DNA of 64,000 nt from assembly GCA_049602055.1 (NCBI GenBank), contig JBMYRG010000008.1:20618-84617 (forward strand), given 5' to 3'. This document shows, piece after piece, positions 38,156 through 46,958 of the stretch. Under the pieces are notes generated by a model. It saw only the letters and a list, made by a program, of their open reading frames with translations, ran no database searches and was not told the origin of the DNA. The first letter of the stretch is position 1; each line of letters opens with the position of its first letter. This DNA is from Alphaproteobacteria bacterium. GTDB lineage: Bacteria > Pseudomonadota > Alphaproteobacteria > MPNO01 > UBA2964. A program made the position numbers and the translations under genes.

Positions 38156-39148
38156 ATGAGTAATTTGAGATTTTCCAGCCTAGCACTTGGTATTTCAGCG
38201 GTCGCCATGATGGCGGGTGCTGCTGCCGAAGCTGCAAAGCTGAATGTGACAACAAGTCTGACACGTACGCATGATCAGGTTGTTGCCTATTTTGATTTAA
38301 TGCATACACCTATGAATAAAGCCAACGGTCCTGTTACCCTGAATTACAAGGGTGGTCCGGAAGTTATTCCAAACCGTAAACAGGGTGCTGCCCTGAAACG
38401 TGGCGTTGTGGACATGATGTTTGGCCCAAGCGGATATTATGCTGGCTTGGTACCCTGCGCGCGGGTTGTAGCCCTTTCAACACAACCTCAGTCGGTTATC
38501 CGCAAAAACGGCGGCTGGGATGTTCTTCAGAAATGCTGGAAGGATGGCCTTAACTCTCGGCTTTTGGCCCACCCATTTTACAACTCCGGTAACTTCCACA
38601 TCTATCTTATCGATCCTCCGCGGAAAGATAAGAAAACCGGTTTGAGCCTCAAAGGTTACAAGATGCGCTCCACCGCGCTATATCATCCTTTCATGAAGGC
38701 AATGGGCGCTGTGCCGATCAACATTTCTCCCGGCGACGTGTATACGTCGCTTGAGCGTGGTGTTGTTAAAGGCCTGGCATGGCCAGAAGGTGGCATCCAT
38801 CGCTATGGTTGGACCAAATACATCAAATATCGCGTTGGACCTGGATTCTGGCGTTCGTCAACGACTGCCGCCATCAATCTTGATGTCTACAACAAGCTGA
38901 CGAAGAAAGAGAAAGACTATATTGATGCTTGGGGCCTCAAATTCGAGAAAGAAAGCACGCCTTATATGCGTAAGCTTGCTGATGCGGATAACAAGAAGGT
39001 CTTCGCGGATGGCGTTAAGGTTGTCGACCTACAGGGTGATGTTGGTGCAGCTTTCACCAAGACTGTCATGGATTCGACATGGGCCGCAGCCTCAAAGAAA
39101 GTCGATCCAAAGGTATTTGCTGAACTGAAAAAATATCTACTAAAATAG
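38156..39148 (+). CDS. dctP: TRAP substrate-binding protein (system 1)
   Basis: Signal peptide, GGPEVIP, LKRGVVD, LKGYKMR (carboxylate-binding Arg), VYTSLERGVV. Confidence 0.88.
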   Translation: MSNLRFSSLALGISAVAMMAGAAAEAAKLNVTTSLTRTHDQVVAYFDLMHTPMNKANGPVTLNYKGGPEVIPNRKQGAALKRGVVDMMFGPSGYYAGLVPCARVVALSTQPQSVIRKNGGWDVLQKCWKDGLNSRLLAHPFYNSGNFHIYLIDPPRKDKKTGLSLKGYKMRSTALYHPFMKAMGAVPINISPGDVYTSLERGVVKGLAWPEGGIHRYGWTKYIKYRVGPGFWRSSTTAAINLDVYNKLTKKEKDYIDAWGLKFEKESTPYMRKLADADNKKVFADGVKVVDLQGDVGAAFTKTVMDSTWAAASKKVDPKVFAELKKYLLK

Positions 39149-39184
39149 ATGTGGCTTAATCACGCAAATAGCGTGATGCACGGG

Positions 39185-39214
39185 AAAGGCGCTCTGGAAA
39201 CAGAGCGCCTTTTT
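39185..39214. terminator. Bidirectional intrinsic terminator
   Basis: AAAGGCGCTCTG-gaaa-CAGAGCGCCTTTTT between convergent dctP and ABC ATPase genes. Confidence 0.88.
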
Positions 39215-39228
39215 CTATGGCGAGAGCT

Positions 39229-39930
39229 TTATACGCCCAGATATTGATGTTGTATGTCGGGATGCGCCAATAGCGCCTCTGACGTGCCTGACCAGACAAC
39301 CTGGCCTTTTTCGATGATATAATGCCGGTCAGCAATGCGGGTCAGTGCGGCGACATTTTTATCGATAACCAGAATAGATTGCCCCTGCGCTTTCAGGTCT
39401 TCAAGACATTGCCATATTTCAGTTCGGATTTGCGGCGCCAGTCCTTCCGTTGCTTCGTCGAGGATCAGAAGTTTAGGGTTGGTCATTAACGCGCGGCCGA
39501 TTGCCAGCATTTGCTGCTCGCCACCTGACAGCTCGTTCCCCATACCATTGATCCGCGCTGCTAGAGACGGGAATCGTGTGAGAATCTTATCCAAGGTCCA
39601 CGGATCCGCATTTTCTGCCAGATTATGCGCCGTCGCGACGAGGTTCTCCCGGACGGTTAAATTGGGAAAAATCTGTCGGCCCTCCGGCACCAAGCCAATG
39701 CCGAGCTTTGCTATTTCATGTGACGGCCGATCAGAGATTTGTTGATCTTCAAAATGCGTTACACCACCGTGCGGCTGCATCAGACCCATGATCGACCGTA
39801 TTGTTGTCGTCTTGCCCATCCCGTTGCGGCCCATCAGAGTCACCACTTCACCAGCATTTACCTCCAGCGACATGCCAAACAGCACCTGGCTGGTGCCGTA
39901 AGAAGACTCTATGGCCTCGACTCGTAACAT
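39229..39930 (-). CDS. Branched-chain-type ABC transporter ATPase (LivF-like)
   Basis: GRNGMGKTT, LVPEGRQIF, LSGGEQQMLAIGRAL, LILDEATEGLAP. Confidence 0.93.
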   Translation of the reverse strand: MLRVEAIESSYGTSQVLFGMSLEVNAGEVVTLMGRNGMGKTTTIRSIMGLMQPHGGVTHFEDQQISDRPSHEIAKLGIGLVPEGRQIFPNLTVRENLVATAHNLAENADPWTLDKILTRFPSLAARINGMGNELSGGEQQMLAIGRALMTNPKLLILDEATEGLAPQIRTEIWQCLEDLKAQGQSILVIDKNVAALTRIADRHYIIEKGQVVWSGTSEALLAHPDIQHQYLGV

Positions 39931-40688
39931 CAGTTTGCCGTCCCCTCATCTCCGAGATAAGCGGTACGCACCTCCTCGTTAGCGCGAATTTCATCCGGCA
40001 TCCCGGAAGCAATCGAGTTGCCATAAACCAGAACGGTTATCTGATCAGCCAGGGCGAAAACTGCATCCATGTCATGTTCAATCAACAGGATCGTGTGATC
40101 CCCCTTCAGCCTATTAAGAATCGATACCATCTTTTGTGATTCTTCCGCGCCCATCCCTGCCATAGGTTCATCGAGTAACAGCAGCTTTGGTTTTGTCGCC
40201 AGCGCCATCGCAATTTCAAGCTGCCGATGCTCACCATGAGACAGGTTACGCGCCGTAATATTGGCGCGGTCCGCCAGCCCTACCGTCTCCAGAGCGGCCA
40301 AGGCTGGTTCATAGAGGCGCGCTTCTTCACGCGCTGCACGCCAGAATCTGAATGAATGGCCGTCGTGTGCCTGTACCGCCAGGGCGACATTTTCCAGTGC
40401 GGTGAACTCATGAAAGATACTGGTAATCTGAAATGTTCTGGCGATACCGCGCCGCGAGCGCGCCGGTGGCGCCATTCCGGAAATATCTTCACCGTCAAAA
40501 AGGACGCGGCCTGAATCGGAATTCAGGGCACCGGCAAGCTGCGCAATCATCGTCGTCTTGCCAGCCCCATTCGGGCCAATGACAGCATGGATTTTGCCGG
40601 TCTCCACCGATAGCGAAAGGTCGTCCGTAGCAAGAACACCACCAAAACTTTTCCTCAGCTTTTCGACTTTCAGGACTATGTCAGCCAT
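39930..40688 (-). CDS. Branched-chain-type ABC transporter ATPase (LivG-like)
   Basis: GPNGAGKTT, RTFQ, LSHGEHRQLEIA, LLDEPMAG, IEHDM. Confidence 0.93.
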   Translation of the reverse strand: MADIVLKVEKLRKSFGGVLATDDLSLSVETGKIHAVIGPNGAGKTTMIAQLAGALNSDSGRVLFDGEDISGMAPPARSRRGIARTFQITSIFHEFTALENVALAVQAHDGHSFRFWRAAREEARLYEPALAALETVGLADRANITARNLSHGEHRQLEIAMALATKPKLLLLDEPMAGMGAEESQKMVSILNRLKGDHTILLIEHDMDAVFALADQITVLVYGNSIASGMPDEIRANEEVRTAYLGDEGTAN

Positions 40689-41637
40689 CGTCTTCCTCCG
40701 ATGACCCGCGTTTCTCTAGGAAACCAAGTAACCCGCCGCGCGCAAACAATACAACAAGGATAAGGAACGGGCCGAAGATTAACTGCCAATATTCGGTGAC
40801 ACCGGACAGCGCTTCTTCCAACAAAATAAAAACCAGCGCACCGACGATGGGCCCTGCCAGGCTACCCATCCCGCCGAGCAATACCATAATGATAAGATCG
40901 CCAGAGCGGGTCCAATGCATCATGTCTGGATTGACGAAATCGGTATGATTAGCAAGCAATATGCCGGCCAGCCCCGCCATCACGCCAGCAATAACGAAAG
41001 CGGTCAGTTGATACCGAAAAACCGGAAATCCAATCGCCTGCATGCGGGTTTCGTTGGAACGCGCGCCCTGAATAACCATTCCGAAACGTGAATTAACCAG
41101 CCGTTTGCAAATCCAAAGACACAGGAGAAGCAGTACGAAAATAAGGTAATAAAGGCTGTTTTTGTCACCGAGATCAATCAGACCCGAAAAATCGCTCGGC
41201 TCGGCAAGTGGCAAACCGTCATCCCCGCCATAGCGATCCAGGCTAACACCGAGAAAATACATCATCTGGGCCAAGGCCAGCGTGATCATAATAAAGTACA
41301 CGCCACGGGTTCGCAGACTGATCGCGCCAAAAATAAACGCAAACACAGCACAGGCCAGTAATGCCAAAGGCCATTGGATGAATCCGGTGACAAGCTCATG
41401 CTCAGCACAGATGCCAATCACATAGGCCCCAATGCCAACAAAGACCGCATGACCAAAACTGATCATCCCGCCATACCCCATGATAAGGTTCAGGCTCAGC
41501 GCGCCGATGGCGAGGATCATCATCCGCCGACCGAGGTCGAGATAAAATGGCACTTCAGTTATCGAAGCAATATAGGGCACGATCGCCAACAGGGCGAAGG
41601 TAACGATTAAGACCAGAGTCTCGCGGCGGCGTAACAT
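40681..41637 (-). CDS. Branched-chain-type ABC transporter permease (LivM-like)
   Basis: LNLIMGYGGMISFGHA, YFIMITLA, SRFG, LLGGMGSLAGP. Confidence 0.92.
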   Translation of the reverse strand: MLRRRETLVLIVTFALLAIVPYIASITEVPFYLDLGRRMMILAIGALSLNLIMGYGGMISFGHAVFVGIGAYVIGICAEHELVTGFIQWPLALLACAVFAFIFGAISLRTRGVYFIMITLALAQMMYFLGVSLDRYGGDDGLPLAEPSDFSGLIDLGDKNSLYYLIFVLLLLCLWICKRLVNSRFGMVIQGARSNETRMQAIGFPVFRYQLTAFVIAGVMAGLAGILLANHTDFVNPDMMHWTRSGDLIIMVLLGGMGSLAGPIVGALVFILLEEALSGVTEYWQLIFGPFLILVVLFARGGLLGFLEKRGSSEEDDG

Positions 41638-41640
41638 CCC

Positions 41641-42564
41641 TTAGCCACTCCGTGCCGGAAAAAGGCCCTGTGGCCGAAAGAACAGTACCAGTGCCATCAA
41701 GATATAAATCAGCATAGACGCTGCCGCTGGTGCCGCTGTTTCTGCTGCATTTACCGGCAGGAAGAGTTTGAACAGGTCATCCAGAAATGACCGTCCCATA
41801 ATCTCGATCACTCCGATTAACAGGGCGCCGACAAAGGCACCCCGGATAGACCCGATACCGCCGATCACAATCACCACCAGCACCTGAATCAGGATGTTTT
41901 CGCCCATCCCGATAGTGGCGGCAAAAATCGGCCCCGCCATGGCACCCGCTAAGGCTGCCAACGCTGCGCCGAGTCCAAACACCAATGTGAATATCTTTTT
42001 TATATCAATACCCAAGGCACCAACCATTTCGCGGTTCGACGCCCCGGCACGAATCAACATGCCTATTTTGGTTTTCACCACAAGGATGTATAGAAAACCT
42101 GCAACGGCCAGCCCAACACCGATAACCAGAATACGGTAGAGCGGCAGAGGAATGCTGAACAGTGTCACAGACTGATTCAGGATACTCGGCAATGGAACTT
42201 CAATCCCCGCAGGCCCCCAAATCAACCGGACCAGCTCATTAAAGAACAGGATCATCCCGAAAGTTGCCAACACCTGATCGAGATGTCCCCGATCATAGAG
42301 TTTTCGAAGGATAACAACTTCCAGGAATATGCCGACAATCAGTGTCGCGGGAAGCGCAACAGCAATCCCCAGCAAAAAAGAATCTGTTGCCAAAGCAACC
42401 GTCGCCGCAATATAGGCCCCCAACATATAGAGCGATCCATGTGCCAGGTTCATCATATCCATGATGCCGAACACCAGGGTTAACCCGGCCGCAAGCAGAA
42501 ACAGCAATATGCCGTACTGGACTCCGTTAAAGAGTTGCTCAAAAAGAAGGTGAGGATCGACCAT
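41641..42564 (-). CDS. Branched-chain-type ABC transporter permease (LivH-like)
   Basis: NG, GLTLVFGIMDMMNLAHG, GMLIRAG, VVIVIGGIGS. Confidence 0.92.
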   Translation of the reverse strand: MVDPHLLFEQLFNGVQYGILLFLLAAGLTLVFGIMDMMNLAHGSLYMLGAYIAATVALATDSFLLGIAVALPATLIVGIFLEVVILRKLYDRGHLDQVLATFGMILFFNELVRLIWGPAGIEVPLPSILNQSVTLFSIPLPLYRILVIGVGLAVAGFLYILVVKTKIGMLIRAGASNREMVGALGIDIKKIFTLVFGLGAALAALAGAMAGPIFAATIGMGENILIQVLVVIVIGGIGSIRGAFVGALLIGVIEIMGRSFLDDLFKLFLPVNAAETAAPAAASMLIYILMALVLFFRPQGLFPARSG

Positions 42565-42589
42565 TGAATAAACGTATTAGAACGTGAAA

Positions 42590-42611
42590 CGGGGACGCAG
42601 TTGCGTCCCCG
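42590..42611 (-). other. Intercistronic hairpin between ABC binding-protein gene and permease
   Basis: CGGGGACGCA-gt-TGCGTCCCCG perfect inverted repeat; such hairpins typically stabilise the SBP message or attenuate downstream genes. Confidence 0.65.
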
Positions 42612-42632
42612 CCACTAGACTAACAACCTAAA

Positions 42633-43832
42633 CTACCAGGTCTTCTTCATCTTGCATTTGCTTGCATAGACGTCCTGATGATTGGAGTAGACTTTCTGCT
42701 CAATCTTTGTGGTCCATTTGCCGTCGGCATCGGCAACCACTTTACGCAGATAGAAATCCTGGATCGGAAAATGGTTGTTGCCGTAAACATATTTGCCACG
42801 GACAGAACCATAGTCAGCCTTGCGGAAAGCAGCCCGCATCGTATCCATTTTCTTGAGATCACCACCGGCCGCCCGGACAGCGCTATCGATCAACATGATC
42901 GAATCATAGCTTTGGGCGCCATAATGAGACGGGTAGCTGCCGAACTTCTTGCGATAGTCCGCAACGAACTTCTTGTTCACCGGCGTATCAAGGTCAGGTG
43001 CCCAAAACTGAGTCGAAAATGTCCCCAATACGTTGGTCAGCTTGGCCTGCTGCATTTTTGGCAGGCTCAAGGAATCCACACTGAACACCGAATAAAGCGG
43101 GGTTTTTGTCAGCCCAGCCTGCGCATACTGGCGCATAAAGGCGTTCGTTGCGCGCCCAGGATAGAAGATGAAAACACCATCTGCCTTGGAAGCACGCGCC
43201 TTGGCGAGTTCAGCTGAGAAATCAAGCTGAGTTGGCCATTTGGTCAGGTCTTTACCGAGGATCTTGCCTTTAAAGGTGCGTTCCACACCGGCTACCATAT
43301 CGCGGCCCGCGGCATAGTTTGGCGCAACAATATAGAGGCTCTTCACCCCGCGCTTGTTGAGCACTTCACCCATCGCCATCGGCACCTGGTCATTCTGCCA
43401 GGAGGTCGAGAAAATATTCTTGTGGCAAAGACGACCAGCAATCTTCGATGTACCAGCGTTGGAAATAATCAGGAACTTGCCGGCTTTTACAACGCTGTTA
43501 CGCGATGCCAGAACAACATGAGACCAGATAAAGCCCGACATAATGTCGACCTTGTCTTTATGCAACAGCTTTTCTGTTTTCTGTTTACCGACTTCCGGTT
43601 TGACTTGGTCATCTTCAAAAAGAACCTTTACCGGAACACCGCCCATTTTGTTGCCAAGATGATCGAGCGCAATCTGCACAGAATTGCGCATATCCTTGCC
43701 AATGACACCCGCTCCGCCGGAGAGAGTTGTTACAAACCCGATTTTTATTTCCTTGGCTTTCGCTGCCATCGCCTGCGGAGCGGCTAACGCAAGCGCGAGC
43801 GCTGAAACGCCTAAAACAAGTGTCTTTTTCAT
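42633..43832 (-). CDS. ABC transporter substrate-binding protein (Liv-like fold; aromatic-acid-binding type suspected)
   Basis: Signal peptide, IKIGFVTTLSG, EDDQVKPE, SNAG, NYAAG, LDFSAEL, GRYVYGNNHFPIQ-like C-terminus (GKYVYGNNHFPIQDFY). Confidence 0.88.
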   Translation of the reverse strand: MKKTLVLGVSALALALAAPQAMAAKAKEIKIGFVTTLSGGAGVIGKDMRNSVQIALDHLGNKMGGVPVKVLFEDDQVKPEVGKQKTEKLLHKDKVDIMSGFIWSHVVLASRNSVVKAGKFLIISNAGTSKIAGRLCHKNIFSTSWQNDQVPMAMGEVLNKRGVKSLYIVAPNYAAGRDMVAGVERTFKGKILGKDLTKWPTQLDFSAELAKARASKADGVFIFYPGRATNAFMRQYAQAGLTKTPLYSVFSVDSLSLPKMQQAKLTNVLGTFSTQFWAPDLDTPVNKKFVADYRKKFGSYPSHYGAQSYDSIMLIDSAVRAAGGDLKKMDTMRAAFRKADYGSVRGKYVYGNNHFPIQDFYLRKVVADADGKWTTKIEQKVYSNHQDVYASKCKMKKTW

Positions 43833-43969
43833 TTTCGACTTCTCCCATATTCGATAATTACAGGGTTAAATTGCCCCCTGCATTGGAATCTCGCAGATAG
43901 TAACGTATGAGCGTGATCTGCCAACCGTCAATTTGTCACAACGAAACTTTGTAGAGATATCGAGTGGCC

Positions 43970-44764
43970 TCACTCACCCTCCAGAACAGCCCGGACACCG
44001 TCCTGATTTTCACTCCCCCGCGCTTCCATGAGCGTCAGGAAGTCAGGAATAAACCAATCTGTCATGGCTGTCTTAAACGAGGGACGGGCGCGAATTCGGG
44101 TGAACCAGTCTGCGACCCCGGGGCGTGCATCAAACAGCCAGTCCTGCTGAAGATGTGAAACCCGGTTTACATAAGGTGTAAACGCGATATCCGCCAAGGA
44201 GTAGGTATCTCCAGCCATCCAGTCACCCTCGCCGAGCGCCTTTTCCATATCATCCAGCATCTTTACCACCCGTTTTATCGCTGGTTTGAAGAATGACGAC
44301 TCAACACCCTTCATGACGTTCTCGTTCATACGGGCGCGCTTTCCAGGATCAACATACCCATCGAGCGTTTCTTTCAACTGTTCCGGCGTTTTGCCTTCCA
44401 TGAATTGATAGCGAAAAGCGATACAGGCGCTAATCGTTGCGCTCGCCGCGTGTAACCCTTCATCAAGCTGTTTCACCCAAATCCGCATCTTCGCGCATTC
44501 ATAGGGTGATTCCGGCCGCAATGAAGGCTCTGGAAACACCGTGTCGAGATATTCATCGATAACGGCAGACTCATAGATGACCTTGCCATCATGGATAATT
44601 GTCGGCACCACGCCATTTGGGTTAAGCGCGAGGTAATCAGGATGATGCTGGTCGCGGGCACGCAGATTAAAATGATGCGAAGTAAATTCCTGACCTTTTT
44701 CTGCAAGCGTAATGCGAACCTTCTGCGAGCAGGTCGACATCCCATTATGATAGAGCTCAATCAT
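43970..44764 (-). CDS. Glutathione S-transferase family protein (STCSQK type), copy 1
   Basis: LYHNGMSTCSQKVR, LNPNGVVPT, ESAVIDEYLD, SLADIA. Start moved to ATG 44764. Confidence 0.9.
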   Translation of the reverse strand: MIELYHNGMSTCSQKVRITLAEKGQEFTSHHFNLRARDQHHPDYLALNPNGVVPTIIHDGKVIYESAVIDEYLDTVFPEPSLRPESPYECAKMRIWVKQLDEGLHAASATISACIAFRYQFMEGKTPEQLKETLDGYVDPGKRARMNENVMKGVESSFFKPAIKRVVKMLDDMEKALGEGDWMAGDTYSLADIAFTPYVNRVSHLQQDWLFDARPGVADWFTRIRARPSFKTAMTDWFIPDFLTLMEARGSENQDGVRAVLEGE

Positions 44765-44858
44765 CTCAATTCCTTTTTGTCTCTCGCTATAATTGCGTAA
44801 CATTGAATTGCGGCGGATTATCGTGCAAACAGCGCATTCAGACAACGGAGTGAAATTT

Positions 44859-45893
44859 ATGAGTACCCGCCTTTTGCCGACGACAGTGGTTGGCAGCTAT
44901 GTACAGCCTGACTGGCTGGTTGATCGCGACATGCTCAAGGCCATCGTCCCACCCCGTGTCCGTGCCCATGAAATATGGCGTATCGCGCCTGACCAGCTTG
45001 AAGAAGCCCAAGATGCCGCGACGCTTGCCGCAATTCACGATATGGAACGCGCCGGTATTGATGTCATCACGGACGGGGAAATTCGCCGCGAAAGCTATTC
45101 TAACCGGTTTGCCACTGCCCTCGAGGGTGTCGATATCGATAATCCTGCGGAGGTACCAGGTCGTTCCGGGCGCCCGATCCTTGTTCCACGCATTACCGGC
45201 GAGATTAAACGCACAGGCCCTATCGAAACCCGCGACGTAGAGTTCTTTCGGGCCAATACCGACCTAAAAATCAAGATTACGCTCCCTGGCCCGTTTACAA
45301 TGACCCATACAGCTGTCGATGAGCATTATGGGGACGATGAAGCCTGTGCAATGGCGCTCGCCGAAGCCGTCAATCAAGAGGTACGAGATTTATTTGCCGC
45401 TGGTGCTGACGTGGTGCAAATAGACGAACCATGGATGCAAGCGAAACCAGAACAAGCAAAACGTTTTGCGGTCAAGGTCATCAATAAAGCGCTCGAGGGC
45501 GCTACGGGAACAACCGCCGTCCATATGTGTTTTGGCTATGCCCACGCGGTCAAGGATAAGCCCAACGGCTACTCCTTCCTGCCAGAGCTTGCTGCCTGCA
45601 ATGCCGACCAGATTTCAATCGAAGCGGCACAGCCCGGCCTCGATCACGCCGCCCTGGATGCTCTTCAGAACAAAAAAATAATAGTTGGCGTTCTTGATCT
45701 AGGCGACGAAAACATTGAAACCCCGGACATGATCGCAGGACGCATTCGAGCTGCCTTGGAACATGTTTCCGCAGACCAGATGATAGTCGCCCCTGACTGC
45801 GGCATGAAATATCTCAGCCGCCCGGTCGCCTTCGGCAAGCTCAAAGCCATGGCCGAAGGCGCTGCGATCGTGCGGGCTGAGCTAGAGAGCTAA
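44859..45893 (+). CDS. Core (single-barrel) cobalamin-independent methionine synthase-like protein
   Basis: TTVVGSY, ITDGEIRRESY, KITLPGPFT, QIDEP, Zn ligands HMC, E and PDCG; no N-terminal folate barrel. Start moved to ATG 44859. Confidence 0.85.
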   Translation: MSTRLLPTTVVGSYVQPDWLVDRDMLKAIVPPRVRAHEIWRIAPDQLEEAQDAATLAAIHDMERAGIDVITDGEIRRESYSNRFATALEGVDIDNPAEVPGRSGRPILVPRITGEIKRTGPIETRDVEFFRANTDLKIKITLPGPFTMTHTAVDEHYGDDEACAMALAEAVNQEVRDLFAAGADVVQIDEPWMQAKPEQAKRFAVKVINKALEGATGTTAVHMCFGYAHAVKDKPNGYSFLPELAACNADQISIEAAQPGLDHAALDALQNKKIIVGVLDLGDENIETPDMIAGRIRAALEHVSADQMIVAPDCGMKYLSRPVAFGKLKAMAEGAAIVRAELES

Positions 45894-45900
45894 AACGCGC

Positions 45901-46818
45901 CTATTTCTTCTTCTTTGCTGTTTTCTTAGCCCGTATACGGGTTGTCGGTGTTGCAGAACTTGATGCCTTGCGTCTGGCCGCCTTTTTGAGATCAAGCTGC
46001 CCCAACCCCGGACGATAACTCTTTTCATCAAGAAATTGCCGCATGCCCTCGTCTCGGCCAGGGATTTTATCGGTCATTTTGCAGGCCTGATTCTTCACCG
46101 TCAGATAATCATCAGCCTCATTGACCCCCATCCGGCGTACGGCTCGGATCGCTTCCTTGGTGTAGCGCATCGCGTTGGGGCTTTTGGTCATGAGCTTTTT
46201 AGCAAGTTTAACCGTCTCCGCTTTGAGTTTAGACGCCGGGACCGAGTAGTTTACCAATCGAATTTTTTCAGCCGTTTTGCCATCGAACGGATCGCCGGTG
46301 ACAGCGTAGTACAAGGCGTCGCGATAGCTCAGCACATCGGCAACATTCCAACTCACAATGCCACCAGGGATAATCCCCCAATTCACTTCCGACAGACCAA
46401 AGGTCGCGGCGTGCGACGAGATCGCGAAATCACAAGCGCAGAGCTGGGTGAATGCGCCGCCAAAACAATATCCGTTGACCATCGCAATCGTTGGTTTCGG
46501 GAAGTTAACCAGTTTTTCCCAACGCCACGCATGCGAAGCCTTCTGGGTACGAACCCGGTTAATCGCGTCTTTCTCATTGGCCCGGAAATAGAGCGCGAGA
46601 TCCTGGCCCGCCGAAAAAGCCTTCCCCGCCCCAGTCAACACAAGCACTTGAGTATCCGGATCTTCTCCCAGCATATCGAGCGCTTCATTCATCTCAAAAT
46701 GCAGTTCAGGACTCATCGCATTGCGTTTTTCAGGCCGGTTAAGGATCAACCAGGTGATGCCCTTTTGAGCCCCTTTGCCTTTTTCGATTAGAACCGTATT
46801 AAATTTCTTTGCAGCCAT
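45901..46818 (-). CDS. Hydroxycinnamoyl-CoA hydratase-lyase (HCHL/Ech)-like crotonase
   Basis: LNRPEKRNAMSP, AG.DL..YFR, KPTIAMVNGYCFGG, FGLSEVNWGI, DYL..K, GMRQFLDEKSYRPGL closely follow Pseudomonas HCHL as I recall it. Confidence 0.8.
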   Translation of the reverse strand: MAAKKFNTVLIEKGKGAQKGITWLILNRPEKRNAMSPELHFEMNEALDMLGEDPDTQVLVLTGAGKAFSAGQDLALYFRANEKDAINRVRTQKASHAWRWEKLVNFPKPTIAMVNGYCFGGAFTQLCACDFAISSHAATFGLSEVNWGIIPGGIVSWNVADVLSYRDALYYAVTGDPFDGKTAEKIRLVNYSVPASKLKAETVKLAKKLMTKSPNAMRYTKEAIRAVRRMGVNEADDYLTVKNQACKMTDKIPGRDEGMRQFLDEKSYRPGLGQLDLKKAARRKASSSATPTTRIRAKKTAKKKK

Positions 46819-46958
46819 AATTTATGCCTCATTTTCCTGTTTTAAGTGATATGGCGCGAACGTTATCAGCCGCATGAATGCTCATCAAGAAGAGCCGTCG
46901 CTTGACCCGCAGGGCCGAGCCCCACAAAATCGCTTCTTAAATTCAGGGAGCAGCGAAG

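Noticed and set aside
44765-44858. SAM or cobalamin riboswitch before the MetE-like gene (or before mtnP)
   Set aside because: The intergenic gaps are short and shared with divergent promoters or a terminator; no consensus seen.
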